Of a DNA stretch of 64,000 nucleotides, positions 1 through 7,853 are shown piece by piece (position 1 is the first letter of the stretch; each line of letters begins with the position of its first letter). The position numbers and the translations under genes were made by a program. The notes below the pieces were generated by a model that saw nothing but the letters and a program-made list of their open reading frames with translations, did not search any database and was not told the origin of the DNA. This DNA is from a virus: the IMG/VR virus record IMGVR_UViG_3300045988_073455, one strand, 5' to 3'.

Positions 1-54
1 GGGGATTCGAACCCCCGAACCGGTTTTGCCGGTTACACGCTTTCCAGGCGTGCC
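1..54 (-). tRNA. partial tRNA-Ser(GGA): anticodon arm, long variable arm and 5' side of T arm, cut by the window edge; probable att-site remnant
   Basis: The reverse complement reads CACGC-CTGGAAA-GCGTG (anticodon GGA). It continues with a variable-arm hairpin AACCGG/CCGGTT and then GGGGGTTCGAATCCCC. Positions 55-100 show no D-arm or acceptor features. Confidence 0.6.
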
Positions 55-103
55 TGAAAAATTCGGATTCCGCAGATTTTCAATCAGTTACAAACAAGCA
101 TTT

Positions 104-1159
104 TCAGACTTGCGGTTTATTTGCGGTTTTTTCGTGTTTAACCACATTTTGATTATCATTAGTACTGTCTCCATAAGACTTCTCGAATGAAGCCATACGA
201 AATGATTGAATTATTCTATCACTCATCTTTGATAAATCATCAATAGAGTCAAGTGTGACCCACTCGTTGGTTTTATAATCATTCATAGGAAAACAAACCT
301 TGACTTTATCTGCCGTCCTTTTGATTCTAACAATCCATCTCCATACAGAACCATGCTTGTTGATCGTAAAATACGATTTGAAAGACGTATATTTAATCTC
401 GTCCTCGTAAGCATAATGCTTCAGTATCTTCTTGACTAAAAGATAAGCTTTATAGTCTTCACCATTCACTATAGGTGATGGCTTGTCACCTTTCGGCTGT
501 GGAATAGATATTCTATCATTTATTTGATTACGAACCTCTCTTGCAACCTCATCTACAGAATAACTGCAACCGATTGAGTCAGCTATATATTTCGCAAATG
601 TATCAGAGCATTTGAATACGTCATTCTCTAGAAATGTCCTAACCTTCTCTTCAATATTAATGTTTTCTGCAATTTGCATGATTTTCTGCTCGTCAAAGCA
701 GTTTCTTTGAAACCTACCTAACAATTCTACATCATGTTTATCAAAAGAGCTTATATCGAAAACAAAGAATGGTTTTGAGTCCATCAAGTTCACTCTATCC
801 ATATCTGAATAGAAGCGATATTCTATACCGTTAGTAAGTATTGCGAACCTAGCCTTAGTTGCCACATAATACTTAGCTAGCTGGAGGACAAAAGCATCTA
901 GGCTCTTTTCACACTGCTTGCACTCTACTATCATCGCAGGTTTGGAATCAATATTAATAGCATAGTCCACCTTGTCTCCCTTGCGTGAAATATCGCAATC
1001 CATTTCGGGTATAACCTCTAGTGGATTGTATATATCATAGCCGAGTGAGACAAGAAAAGGAAGAACGAAGGCAGTCTTCGTGGCTTCCTCAGTCGCTACA
1101 TGATTTCTCAGCTTAGAAACCTTGTCAGATAACTCTTCAAGAGTTTTATATAATTCCAT
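104..1159 (-). CDS. HsdR_N-like PD-(D/E)xK nuclease-domain protein with an unassigned C-terminal half
   Basis: 351-aa ORF. The N-terminus (TKTAFVLPFL...DKVDYAI...MIVECK) resembles the type I restriction R-subunit N-terminal nuclease fold. Its start carries the TAGAGCAATGGAA phage start motif. Confidence 0.55.
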   Translation of the reverse strand: MELYKTLEELSDKVSKLRNHVATEEATKTAFVLPFLVSLGYDIYNPLEVIPEMDCDISRKGDKVDYAINIDSKPAMIVECKQCEKSLDAFVLQLAKYYVATKARFAILTNGIEYRFYSDMDRVNLMDSKPFFVFDISSFDKHDVELLGRFQRNCFDEQKIMQIAENINIEEKVRTFLENDVFKCSDTFAKYIADSIGCSYSVDEVAREVRNQINDRISIPQPKGDKPSPIVNGEDYKAYLLVKKILKHYAYEDEIKYTSFKSYFTINKHGSVWRWIVRIKRTADKVKVCFPMNDYKTNEWVTLDSIDDLSKMSDRIIQSFRMASFEKSYGDSTNDNQNVVKHEKTANKPQV

Positions 1160-1217
1160 TGCTCTACACCTTATTATATATATTATACTATGCGTAAAGT
1201 TAAATAATCTGAATATT

Positions 1218-1273
1218 AAGAAATTTCTTGGTTTTCTATATAGATATTTCAGAAATATTTATTATCTTTGCAC
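1218..1273 (+). promoter_or_regulatory. promoter/operator cassette, copy 1 (near-identical to 5211-5266)
   Basis: 56 bp, 1 mismatch to copy 2. Ends in the -7 box TATCTTTG (1263-1270). Contains palindromes TCTATATAGA (1235-1244) and ATATTTCAGAAATAT (1244-1258). Confidence 0.6.
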
Positions 1274-1381
1274 TGTCATTCTACAAATAACAATGCAAAG
1301 ATACAAAAAAGATTGGAATTTTGTGTGAATGATGTGTTAAGATGCACTAAGAGCAATAAGTTAAATTTAAAATTCGTCGTT

Positions 1382-1633
1382 ATGGGATGCACTAAGAGCA
1401 ATAAATCTCCAAAAGTTGGAGAAAAAAAGAACGCTTTCGTAGAATTGGTAGATTTGTGGAAGCAAGATGTTAATTGGAAAAGCAATGCAAAAAACAACAG
1501 AAAAATCTGCATTGGCTTCGGTATCTCTCTAACAGCAGTAATGGTATTCTGTCATACTTGGCTGTTCATACCAGCTATTATCGGATTGTTATGCTGTCTA
1601 TCTAGTCTGAAGGATTTAAATGTGGAGGAGTAA
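1382..1633 (+). CDS. small membrane protein (start uncertain)
   Basis: First ATG of ORF 1268..1633 that lies downstream of the promoter. Hydrophobic stretch ICIGFGISLTAVMVFCHTWLFIPAIIGLLCCL. Confidence 0.4.
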   Translation: MGCTKSNKSPKVGEKKNAFVELVDLWKQDVNWKSNAKNNRKICIGFGISLTAVMVFCHTWLFIPAIIGLLCCLSSLKDLNVEE

Positions 1634-1636
1634 GAT

Positions 1637-1840
1637 ATGGCAAAGTTTATCGAAGTAAGAAACATTGAAGGCTATAAGATACTCATCAATGTCGACAACA
1701 TACAATCAATACGACAAGTTGACGGTTTGGGTAAAACTTGCATTTTGCTTAATAATGATATTGTACGAACAGAACTTGAATACTCGAAGGTAGTCGAGCT
1801 TGTCAGCCCTAAAAAGAAAGGATTTCGCTTATGGCGGTAA
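1637..1840 (+). CDS. hypothetical protein
   Basis: 67-aa ORF, tightly packed and co-oriented with its neighbours. Confidence 0.5.
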   Translation: MAKFIEVRNIEGYKILINVDNIQSIRQVDGLGKTCILLNNDIVRTELEYSKVVELVSPKKKGFRLWR

Positions 1841-2034
1841 CAAGTAATGAACCAAAGGTAATAGCAACAAGCAGATACAGCATCAATGAGACCTGCGAGT
1901 TGCTTGGCATCACAAGAAAGACCTTACAGAAGTACACTATGTTTGGTCTTATCAAATGTGGGTTTAGAAAGGCAACCATGAAGAAGTTCTATACAGGACT
2001 TGAAATCATGAAGTTCTGGAGGACTGCGGTATGA
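1831..2034 (+). CDS. excisionase/MerR-like helix-turn-helix DNA-binding protein
   Basis: The YSINETCELLGITRKTLQKYTMFGLI pattern is typical of excisionase-family HTH proteins. ATGA-type overlap with the next gene. Confidence 0.6.
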   Translation: MAVTSNEPKVIATSRYSINETCELLGITRKTLQKYTMFGLIKCGFRKATMKKFYTGLEIMKFWRTAV

Positions 2035-3014
2035 TATATGATAAAAACCATCCTCTCCGAGTATGCACACTTTGCAGTGGATATGATTCGCAATGTCTAG
2101 CTTTGAAATATCTCAAAGATAAACATTCAGAATTTGATTTTGATTTGGTTGCCTGGAGTGAAATAGACAAGTCAGCTATTACAGCTCACAATATCCTCTT
2201 TCCAGAATACAAGGATAGAAACCTTGGAGATATGAGCAAGATCATGTGGGATGGTGTTAAAGATTTCGATATGCTCACATACTCTACACCCTGCCAGTCG
2301 GTTTCTACTGCAGGAATGAGAAAAGGCATAGAGGAAGGCAGCGGAACAAAATCATCTTTGCTATGGTATACACGGAATGCCATCATAGCTAAGAAACCAA
2401 GGTATCTCTTGATGGAAAACGTCAAAGGTCTGGTAACAGAAAAGTTTCGTCCATTTTTCTTTGCTTGGTTGAAAGAACTCGAAAGTTATGGTTATACATC
2501 ATATTACAGGGTACTCAATGCTAAAGATTATGGTGTTCCTCAAAATCGAGAACGAATATTCGTTATATCCATAAGGAGAGACGGAGAAGAAAACTTTCAC
2601 TATCATTTTCCGAAAGTAGAAAAGCTAACATTAAGGATAGCAGATATTTTGCAAGATAGCGAAGATAAAACCCTCTATATTTCCAAGAGCCTGTCAGACG
2701 GACTTATCAGAAAGACTAATGCCAATGAAGTAAGTTCTCCAAAAATAATACATATAGGAGACTTGCCTATAGGTGCCAAATTTGCAGGTAAGCAGAGAGT
2801 TTTCTCTATTCATGGCATATCTCCAACGCTTATGGAGAATATGTACAAAGATCCGAAAAATTATGGTTGCATTCCTAAAGTCGTAGTTAAAAACAAGGTT
2901 CGTAAGTTATCTCCTTTCGAGTGTTTCGCTTTGATGGGAGTACATAAAGAGGATAACTACAAGCTATGCAATAGTGGTCTAAAAAAAAACAAAGCTATAC
3001 AAGTTATCTGGTAA
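2031..3014 (+). CDS. DNA (cytosine-5)-methyltransferase, interrupted by a frameshift at an A9 tract; motif X lies in the +1 frame up to 3114
   Basis: Motifs LCSGYDS (I), TYSTPCQSVS (IV), ENVKGL (VI), QNRERIF (VIII), RKLSPFECFALMG (IX). GNSIV (X) is encoded in the +1 frame at 3010-3024. Confidence 0.9.
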   Translation: MIYDKNHPLRVCTLCSGYDSQCLALKYLKDKHSEFDFDLVAWSEIDKSAITAHNILFPEYKDRNLGDMSKIMWDGVKDFDMLTYSTPCQSVSTAGMRKGIEEGSGTKSSLLWYTRNAIIAKKPRYLLMENVKGLVTEKFRPFFFAWLKELESYGYTSYYRVLNAKDYGVPQNRERIFVISIRRDGEENFHYHFPKVEKLTLRIADILQDSEDKTLYISKSLSDGLIRKTNANEVSSPKIIHIGDLPIGAKFAGKQRVFSIHGISPTLMENMYKDPKNYGCIPKVVVKNKVRKLSPFECFALMGVHKEDNYKLCNSGLKKNKAIQVIW

Positions 3015-3114
3015 CTCTATAGTGACTAATTGCATGACTGCTATGTTCGAAGAGCTTCTCTACCCTACTGGCAACAGCTATGTAGAGAAAGATGGACAAT
3101 TATCATTGTTCTAG

Positions 3115-3386
3115 AGCCTACACCAAAGCTACTCCACCTTAGGCAAGTGGATTCTTTACTCTCAGAATTTGGCGGTAGCTTTGGCATCTGAGGATTGTGG
3201 CTACAGCGTTGAAAGTGTAGCAGTGCATATAAGCCTGGAGCGGTATTATTCTTATCAGACCATGTTTTACCTTGCCGTGTACCAGACCTCTATGATGCAA
3301 TAAGACCAAGAGGGTTTGACTCCCTCAATCCTCACTTAACGCAACAAGTGGTAAATAGGATAAGGTTTAGTTTTTATGTTTGTTGG
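3115..3386 (+). ncRNA. candidate structured non-coding RNA (family unknown)
   Basis: No ORF of 60 aa or more on either strand and non-AT-rich composition. Complementary segments: 3123-3132/3175-3184 (10 bp), 3189-3197/3326-3334 (9 bp), 3200-3205/3216-3221 and 3310-3314/3322-3326. Followed by an intrinsic terminator. Confidence 0.3.
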
Positions 3387-3422
3387 TCCCTCATTGTCTG
3401 TGAAGATGGTGAGGGATTTTTT
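3387..3422 (+). terminator. Rho-independent terminator
   Basis: Stem TCCCTCA (3387-3393) / TGAGGGA (3410-3416) followed by TTTTTT (3417-3422). Confidence 0.7.
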
Positions 3423-3443
3423 GTAGCCTTTTTGGAGACTAAG

Positions 3444-3824
3444 CCAACACACTTGCTAACACACCTACTAACACACTGCTAACACACTATAAAAGGCTTA
3501 TTTTCAATAATTTACAGAGATTGAAAAAAATCAGCTAACACACTCACTAACACAATAGCCAACACACCACCTATTTTTGCTAACACACTGCCAACACACT
3601 TTAAACAACTATAAAACAACGACTTACAGATATTTCAAAAAGGCAACTAACACACTGCCAACACACTGGTAATAAATATTGTCATTTTAGCATACACCAC
3701 CTAACACACTTGCTAACACACCTACTAACACACTGCTAACACACTATAAAAGGCTTATTTTCAATAATTTACAGAGATTGAAAAAAATCAGCTAACACAC
3801 TCACTAACACAATAGCTAACACAC
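3444..3824. repeat. iteron array: 18 same-orientation copies of (C/T)(C/T)AACACA(C/A) in six clusters; includes a 123-bp direct repeat (3446-3568 and 3703-3825)
   Basis: 9-mers start at 3444, 3456, 3468, 3479, 3535, 3547, 3559, 3580, 3591, 3647, 3658, 3701, 3713, 3725, 3736, 3792, 3804 and 3816. Spacing within clusters is 11-12 nt. Confidence 0.8.
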
Positions 3825-3860
3825 TGCCAAAAAACTTTTCTTTTGTACTAACGTAGTTAG

Positions 3861-3916
3861 TATCTTTCTTTTATAGTATATATATTTATTATTATATATA
3901 TAATTATAATATACTA
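3861..3916. other. near-pure A/T tract (possible DNA unwinding element next to the iterons)
   Basis: About 56 nt almost entirely A/T (TATAGTATATATATTTATTATTATATATATAATTATAATATA), flanked by ACTAACGT repeats at 3848 and 3913. Confidence 0.4.
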
Positions 3917-3948
3917 ACGTGCGCGCGAGAAATTTTTGGGCGGTTGTT

Positions 3949-4434
3949 CTAATGCAAAATAGTGATGCTGAACATTGCTCCATACTCATCATACTGAGGA
4001 ATGGTAATGATGGTTTTAGCTCTTGCCCCATCTTTAACCTTCTGAATTGTGATTAAAGAAGTCCACTTTGAAGGAATGTTCTCATCAAGTTCTTGGCATA
4101 CTAGGCGGTATACTTCAACAGCACCTCGGTCAACAAAAACTTTTCCTTCCTCATAACTGCAAGAAGTTATCTTGAAGGATAGCTCACCTTCGGTACCTGC
4201 ATCAATTGTCAGTTTACCTTCCTTCACAGAAATAGAGTGCTCAATTTGCATTGGATCGCAATCTTCGGCATCCTTGTTGGCAACGAAGTCACCTGCTCCA
4301 AAAAGCCAATGAATTTGCTCAGTTTGCGTTTCAAAACGCATAGAAAATGTACCAACAGAGATTTCTTGCGGTTCTAAAGCCATACAAGCCGAACAAACCA
4401 ATAATTCTACTACAAAAGAAACAAATCTTCTCAT
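3949..4434 (-). CDS. secreted or lipoprotein-like hypothetical protein
   Basis: 161-aa ORF with the N-terminal hydrophobic signal MRRFVSFVVELLVCSAC. Confidence 0.55.
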   Translation of the reverse strand: MRRFVSFVVELLVCSACMALEPQEISVGTFSMRFETQTEQIHWLFGAGDFVANKDAEDCDPMQIEHSISVKEGKLTIDAGTEGELSFKITSCSYEEGKVFVDRGAVEVYRLVCQELDENIPSKWTSLITIQKVKDGARAKTIITIPQYDEYGAMFSITILH

Positions 4435-4444
4435 AAGCGAAATT

Positions 4445-4720
4445 TTAAGGGTTATTTTGAATTTTAAACATCATACCTACACCTGTCAACAGCCATTCGG
4501 CATTAACGTTATAATCTTCAACTAGCCAAGCAAGCCATTCTGATTTGATAGCTCTTCCATCTGGGCACTTCTTAAACGTAGAGAAATTCCAATAGTTGAT
4601 ACCATGAGATTCTGTAAAAGTGCGTATTCCTCTAGCTTTACGCTGGTTGATAGCAACATCAAGAGCAAGGAAGAAACGCTTTGTTATCGCCATGCCTGTT
4701 GGCGTTGTCGTAAGTTTCAT
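4445..4720 (-). CDS. HTH-type regulator (repressor-module partner)
   Basis: 91 aa. The C-terminal EWLLTGVGMMF motif resembles the WLLTGEG ending of Bacteroidota XRE/CI-like HTH proteins. Confidence 0.5.
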   Translation of the reverse strand: MKLTTTPTGMAITKRFFLALDVAINQRKARGIRTFTESHGINYWNFSTFKKCPDGRAIKSEWLAWLVEDYNVNAEWLLTGVGMMFKIQNNP

Positions 4721-4748
4721 ACGCTATAAATATTTCCGTGTACGTTAA

Positions 4749-5186
4749 TTATATAGAAATCGCTTTTTTATCTGCAGGAGTAATAGTCTCCCCATTAGCT
4801 AGCTTCTCGAAACATCTAGCAAGATGTTCGTATGCCTGGCGTAGCTCCCTTATCTCCACATCTTTCTGTGCGTTAATTTCGATGAGACGATTTATAACAG
4901 AAAGCGAATCTATTTGCTCATTTGGCTTTTCTGCTCTAATTGAAGTCGCAGGAATATCATCATTAAGCATATTCCCTTCTCCAGTTAACAGCCAGTCGAT
5001 ATTATACATAGGCTTAACTGTATGTATAAGATTTGCCATACGAGCACTGACCTTTTTGGTTTTTCCTCGCAGAACATCATACAGAGCTTGCGACTTACGT
5101 CCATCAAGACCAATCTCTGTACAAAACTGAGAAGCGTTCTTGTTTTCTTGCGCCAAAATGGCACTAATAATGTCTTTTCCGTCCAT
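4749..5186 (-). CDS. CI-like phage repressor (HTH, no peptidase domain)
   Basis: N-terminal HTH ending in NIDWLLTGEGNM, followed by a helical C-terminus. Divergent from a Cro-like gene across an operator-bearing promoter region. Confidence 0.6.
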   Translation of the reverse strand: MDGKDIISAILAQENKNASQFCTEIGLDGRKSQALYDVLRGKTKKVSARMANLIHTVKPMYNIDWLLTGEGNMLNDDIPATSIRAEKPNEQIDSLSVINRLIEINAQKDVEIRELRQAYEHLARCFEKLANGETITPADKKAISI

Positions 5187-5210
5187 TTTATGATAAACAA
5201 TGTTAAAGCA

Positions 5211-5266
5211 AAGAAATTTCTTAGTTTTCTATATAGATATTTCAGAAATATTTATTATCTTTGCAC
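5211..5266 (+). promoter_or_regulatory. promoter/operator cassette, copy 2 (lysogeny switch, rightward promoter)
   Basis: Near-identical to 1218-1273. Palindromes at 5228-5237 and 5237-5251. The -7 box TATCTTTG ends at 5263. Confidence 0.6.
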
Positions 5267-5311
5267 CGTGAATATTTAAATAACAATGCAAAATTACAAA
5301 AAATTATTTGT

Positions 5312-5548
5312 ATGGCAAATAAAAGTGAAGAAAAAAAGCAAAAAATGACCCTTTTGGATTATTACGAGAACCTTCCAAAGTCCTCGTACCCAAAGAAGGA
5401 TTTCATTCAGCGCATCATGTCAGAATGCGATGTGTCATTTACTACAGCCCGCAACTGGACAAAAGGTCATACAAGACCGATTGTTGATTGGCAGATAGAA
5501 AAACTGTCTGAAATTACAGGAATACCAAAAGAACAGCTATGGCAGTAG
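5312..5548 (+). CDS. Cro/antirepressor-like small HTH protein
   Basis: First ATG after the promoter (MANKSEEKK...). The SFTTARNWTKGHTRP pattern looks HTH-like. Position is opposite the repressor. Confidence 0.5.
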   Translation: MANKSEEKKQKMTLLDYYENLPKSSYPKKDFIQRIMSECDVSFTTARNWTKGHTRPIVDWQIEKLSEITGIPKEQLWQ

Positions 5549-6099
5549 AGTTTTATATGTTTGATGATGAACTTTGGTTCATTAAGGATGGTACCGAAAA
5601 TCAAGCTCTCTCGGAAAAAGATACAGAAGTCATTAAGAAAATGATTGATGCTATCCGAGAAAGATACCCCGAAGCCTACAAGGCTTTATCTAAGGAGTAT
5701 CAAAAGAGTGCAATGAATGTTCCTTATTATCAGTTCTTGATAGTCAGAAGATTCTGTAAATGCAACTTCGGAAAGCTTGATACAACCACATACGATATTG
5801 ATAATCTCGGCAGGCTTAACTTTGAAAAAGTTGAATGCCCACTGAGAGGAGAATGTAAGAACGAAGGCATTATTTGCAGCCCAAAGTTTAACTCCAAGCT
5901 CTCTCCTGCCGAAGAAAGGGTAATGAACCTTATCTATCAAGGTTTCACAAAAGAAGAAGTTGGTGAAAAGCTTTGCCTCTCTCCGAACACAATTAAACAG
6001 CATGTCAGATCTGCTTACTGCAAGTTAGGTGTTCACGATAAGGGCGAGTTTGTAAAGCTAGCTAAAGATAATGGATTTTTTAATAATTTAAAGCACTAA
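5539..6099 (+). CDS. LuxR/GerE-family transcriptional regulator
   Basis: C-terminal LSPAEERVMNLIYQGFTKEEVGEKLCLSPNTIKQHVRSAYCKLGV is a classical GerE HTH. Confidence 0.75.
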   Translation: MAVEFYMFDDELWFIKDGTENQALSEKDTEVIKKMIDAIRERYPEAYKALSKEYQKSAMNVPYYQFLIVRRFCKCNFGKLDTTTYDIDNLGRLNFEKVECPLRGECKNEGIICSPKFNSKLSPAEERVMNLIYQGFTKEEVGEKLCLSPNTIKQHVRSAYCKLGVHDKGEFVKLAKDNGFFNNLKH

Positions 6100-6104
6100 G
6101 AGCA

Positions 6105-7058
6105 ATGAGTATGATTAAAAGAAGCAATGAAATTGCTATTCAGAAAAACGTTAAAATGATGGTTTACGGACAGGCAGGTATGGGTAAGACAACTTTTGCC
6201 CTCTCAGCACCTAAGCCTTTGTTGCTTGATTTCGATAATGGTGTCAAGCGTGTTAATACCGCACATTTGGATGATAATGTCGGTATCGTACAGGTTTCCA
6301 GTTGGCAAGATATTCTCAACTTGCTCAACTATAACAAGAAGGATTTGGAGGAGTTCGATACTATCGTTGTAGATACTATTGGAAAGATGATTGACTTCAT
6401 CATCGCCTACAGATGCAATGGTCGCAACCCTCAGATACAGGATTGGGGCACCATCAATAACGACTTCAAATGGTTCACCTCATCTTTGTCACAGCTTAAC
6501 AAGAACATCGTCTTTGTCGCACATCGTGACACACGCAAGGAAGGTGAAAGTACTGTGTATATCCCTGCACTTCGTGAGAAGAACTACAACAATATCGTTA
6601 CAGATTTGGACTTGCTTGGCTATCTCGAAATGAGAAGTGAGAATGGACAGCAAATCAGAACTATCACTTTTGACCCTACAAGTCGTAACGATGGTAAGAA
6701 CACCTGTCAGCTTCCTGGTTGTATGCAGATTCCGGTTATTCTTGATGCAAACGGACAGCCAACCGCTCCTAATAACTTCATCGCTACTCAGATTCTCTCA
6801 CGTTATCAGTCTATGATAGCTCAGAAAGAAGAAAAGGTCAAGGAGTACAATAAGGCTCTTGAAGAGATTAAGGAGGGTGTTCAGTTGATTACTGACGCAA
6901 GAGGGGCAAACCATTTCATCGAGCATATCAAAGATTATGCAAACTTGGGTAACTCCATCATTCTTCATGCAAGAAGTCTGTTCACAGAGAAGGTAAGTGC
7001 TTTGAAGTTGGTTTACAATAAGGAGACCAAGCAATACGAAGACCCACAAGCAGCATAA
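6105..7058 (+). CDS. Sak4-like AAA ATPase (RecA-fold, recombination)
   Basis: Walker A MVYGQAGMGKTTFAL and Walker B IVVDTIG. Lies in a recombination-module neighbourhood. Confidence 0.7.
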   Translation: MSMIKRSNEIAIQKNVKMMVYGQAGMGKTTFALSAPKPLLLDFDNGVKRVNTAHLDDNVGIVQVSSWQDILNLLNYNKKDLEEFDTIVVDTIGKMIDFIIAYRCNGRNPQIQDWGTINNDFKWFTSSLSQLNKNIVFVAHRDTRKEGESTVYIPALREKNYNNIVTDLDLLGYLEMRSENGQQIRTITFDPTSRNDGKNTCQLPGCMQIPVILDANGQPTAPNNFIATQILSRYQSMIAQKEEKVKEYNKALEEIKEGVQLITDARGANHFIEHIKDYANLGNSIILHARSLFTEKVSALKLVYNKETKQYEDPQAA

Positions 7059-7061
7059 GCT

Positions 7062-7853
7062 ATGGAAGTAGTCAAGTTTAGGTTCTATGCGACGCTTTTG
7101 GATGCGTATCAGAACTACCTTGATAGTGACATCATTTGGAGTAAATATTGGGGATGGTCTGAAAATCCACGCCATACTCCAGAAGAGTTCAAGAAGATAC
7201 AATTCCAGTCGTTAATAGATAAGATAAATCGAGTATCATTCGATAGTGAAGCTGCTGACAAAGGCACAGCATTTAATGAGGTTATTGATTGTATGGTCCT
7301 TCATCGCAACTCGGAGAATATGGAAATCCACACTATTTACCAAGATGTTGAAGATTATCACTTTAAACCATACAACAAACGAGTACCTATCAGTGTTGAA
7401 GCAAAGTTGAACGGCAGAAGTTTCTGCTTCCCTATTCAGCTAGTCCGACATTATGCAGCCTACTATAAAGGAGCATTGCCACAGGTTTATATACAAGCAG
7501 TCTTGCCTACCATGTATGGAAAAGTAATGCTGTATGGGTACATTGATTACCTTATGCCGTTCTGCACTCATGATCTGAAAACAACACGTCAGTATGCGGT
7601 TGGCAATTACAAGAGACACTGGCAACATAAGGTCTATCCTTATGCCCTCATGAAGAATGGTTGTGATGTTTACGACTTCGAATACAATATCTCGGAAATC
7701 GGAAAGACGTATTACAGAAACTACACAGAGAGTTATACGTTTAACCCTAAAAGGGATATTCCTCTACTCACTCAACACTGCGAAGGATTGATTAGTTTCA
7801 TTCAAGAAAACAGAGATTTGATAACAGACAAGAAAATATTCAATTTGGTTTAA
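7062..7853 (+). CDS. putative PD-(D/E)XK exonuclease
   Basis: YIDYLMP...HDLKTT resembles the D...D/E-x-K core. Sits directly after the Sak4-like gene. Confidence 0.45.
   Translation: MEVVKFRFYATLLDAYQNYLDSDIIWSKYWGWSENPRHTPEEFKKIQFQSLIDKINRVSFDSEAADKGTAFNEVIDCMVLHRNSENMEIHTIYQDVEDYHFKPYNKRVPISVEAKLNGRSFCFPIQLVRHYAAYYKGALPQVYIQAVLPTMYGKVMLYGYIDYLMPFCTHDLKTTRQYAVGNYKRHWQHKVYPYALMKNGCDVYDFEYNISEIGKTYYRNYTESYTFNPKRDIPLLTQHCEGLISFIQENRDLITDKKIFNLV

Noticed and set aside
3115-3422. Retron msr/msd or DGR template RNA.
   Set aside because: No reverse-transcriptase-like ORF (YxDD motif) occurs anywhere in the window, and no template/variable repeat pair was seen.
3444-3824. Possible CRISPR array, given the many short direct repeats.
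   Set aside because: The repeat unit is only 9 nt. Gaps within clusters are 2-3 nt and the longer spacers are themselves repeated. No cas genes are present. The architecture fits iterons, not CRISPR.
4738-5279. Plus-strand ORFs 4738..5130 and 5022..5279, and minus-strand ORF 4985..5200, overlapping the CI-like repressor.
   Set aside because: These are shadows of the repressor gene 4749..5186, whose product has a recognisable HTH and WLLTGEG motif. The alternatives have no motifs and cut across the promoter cassette.
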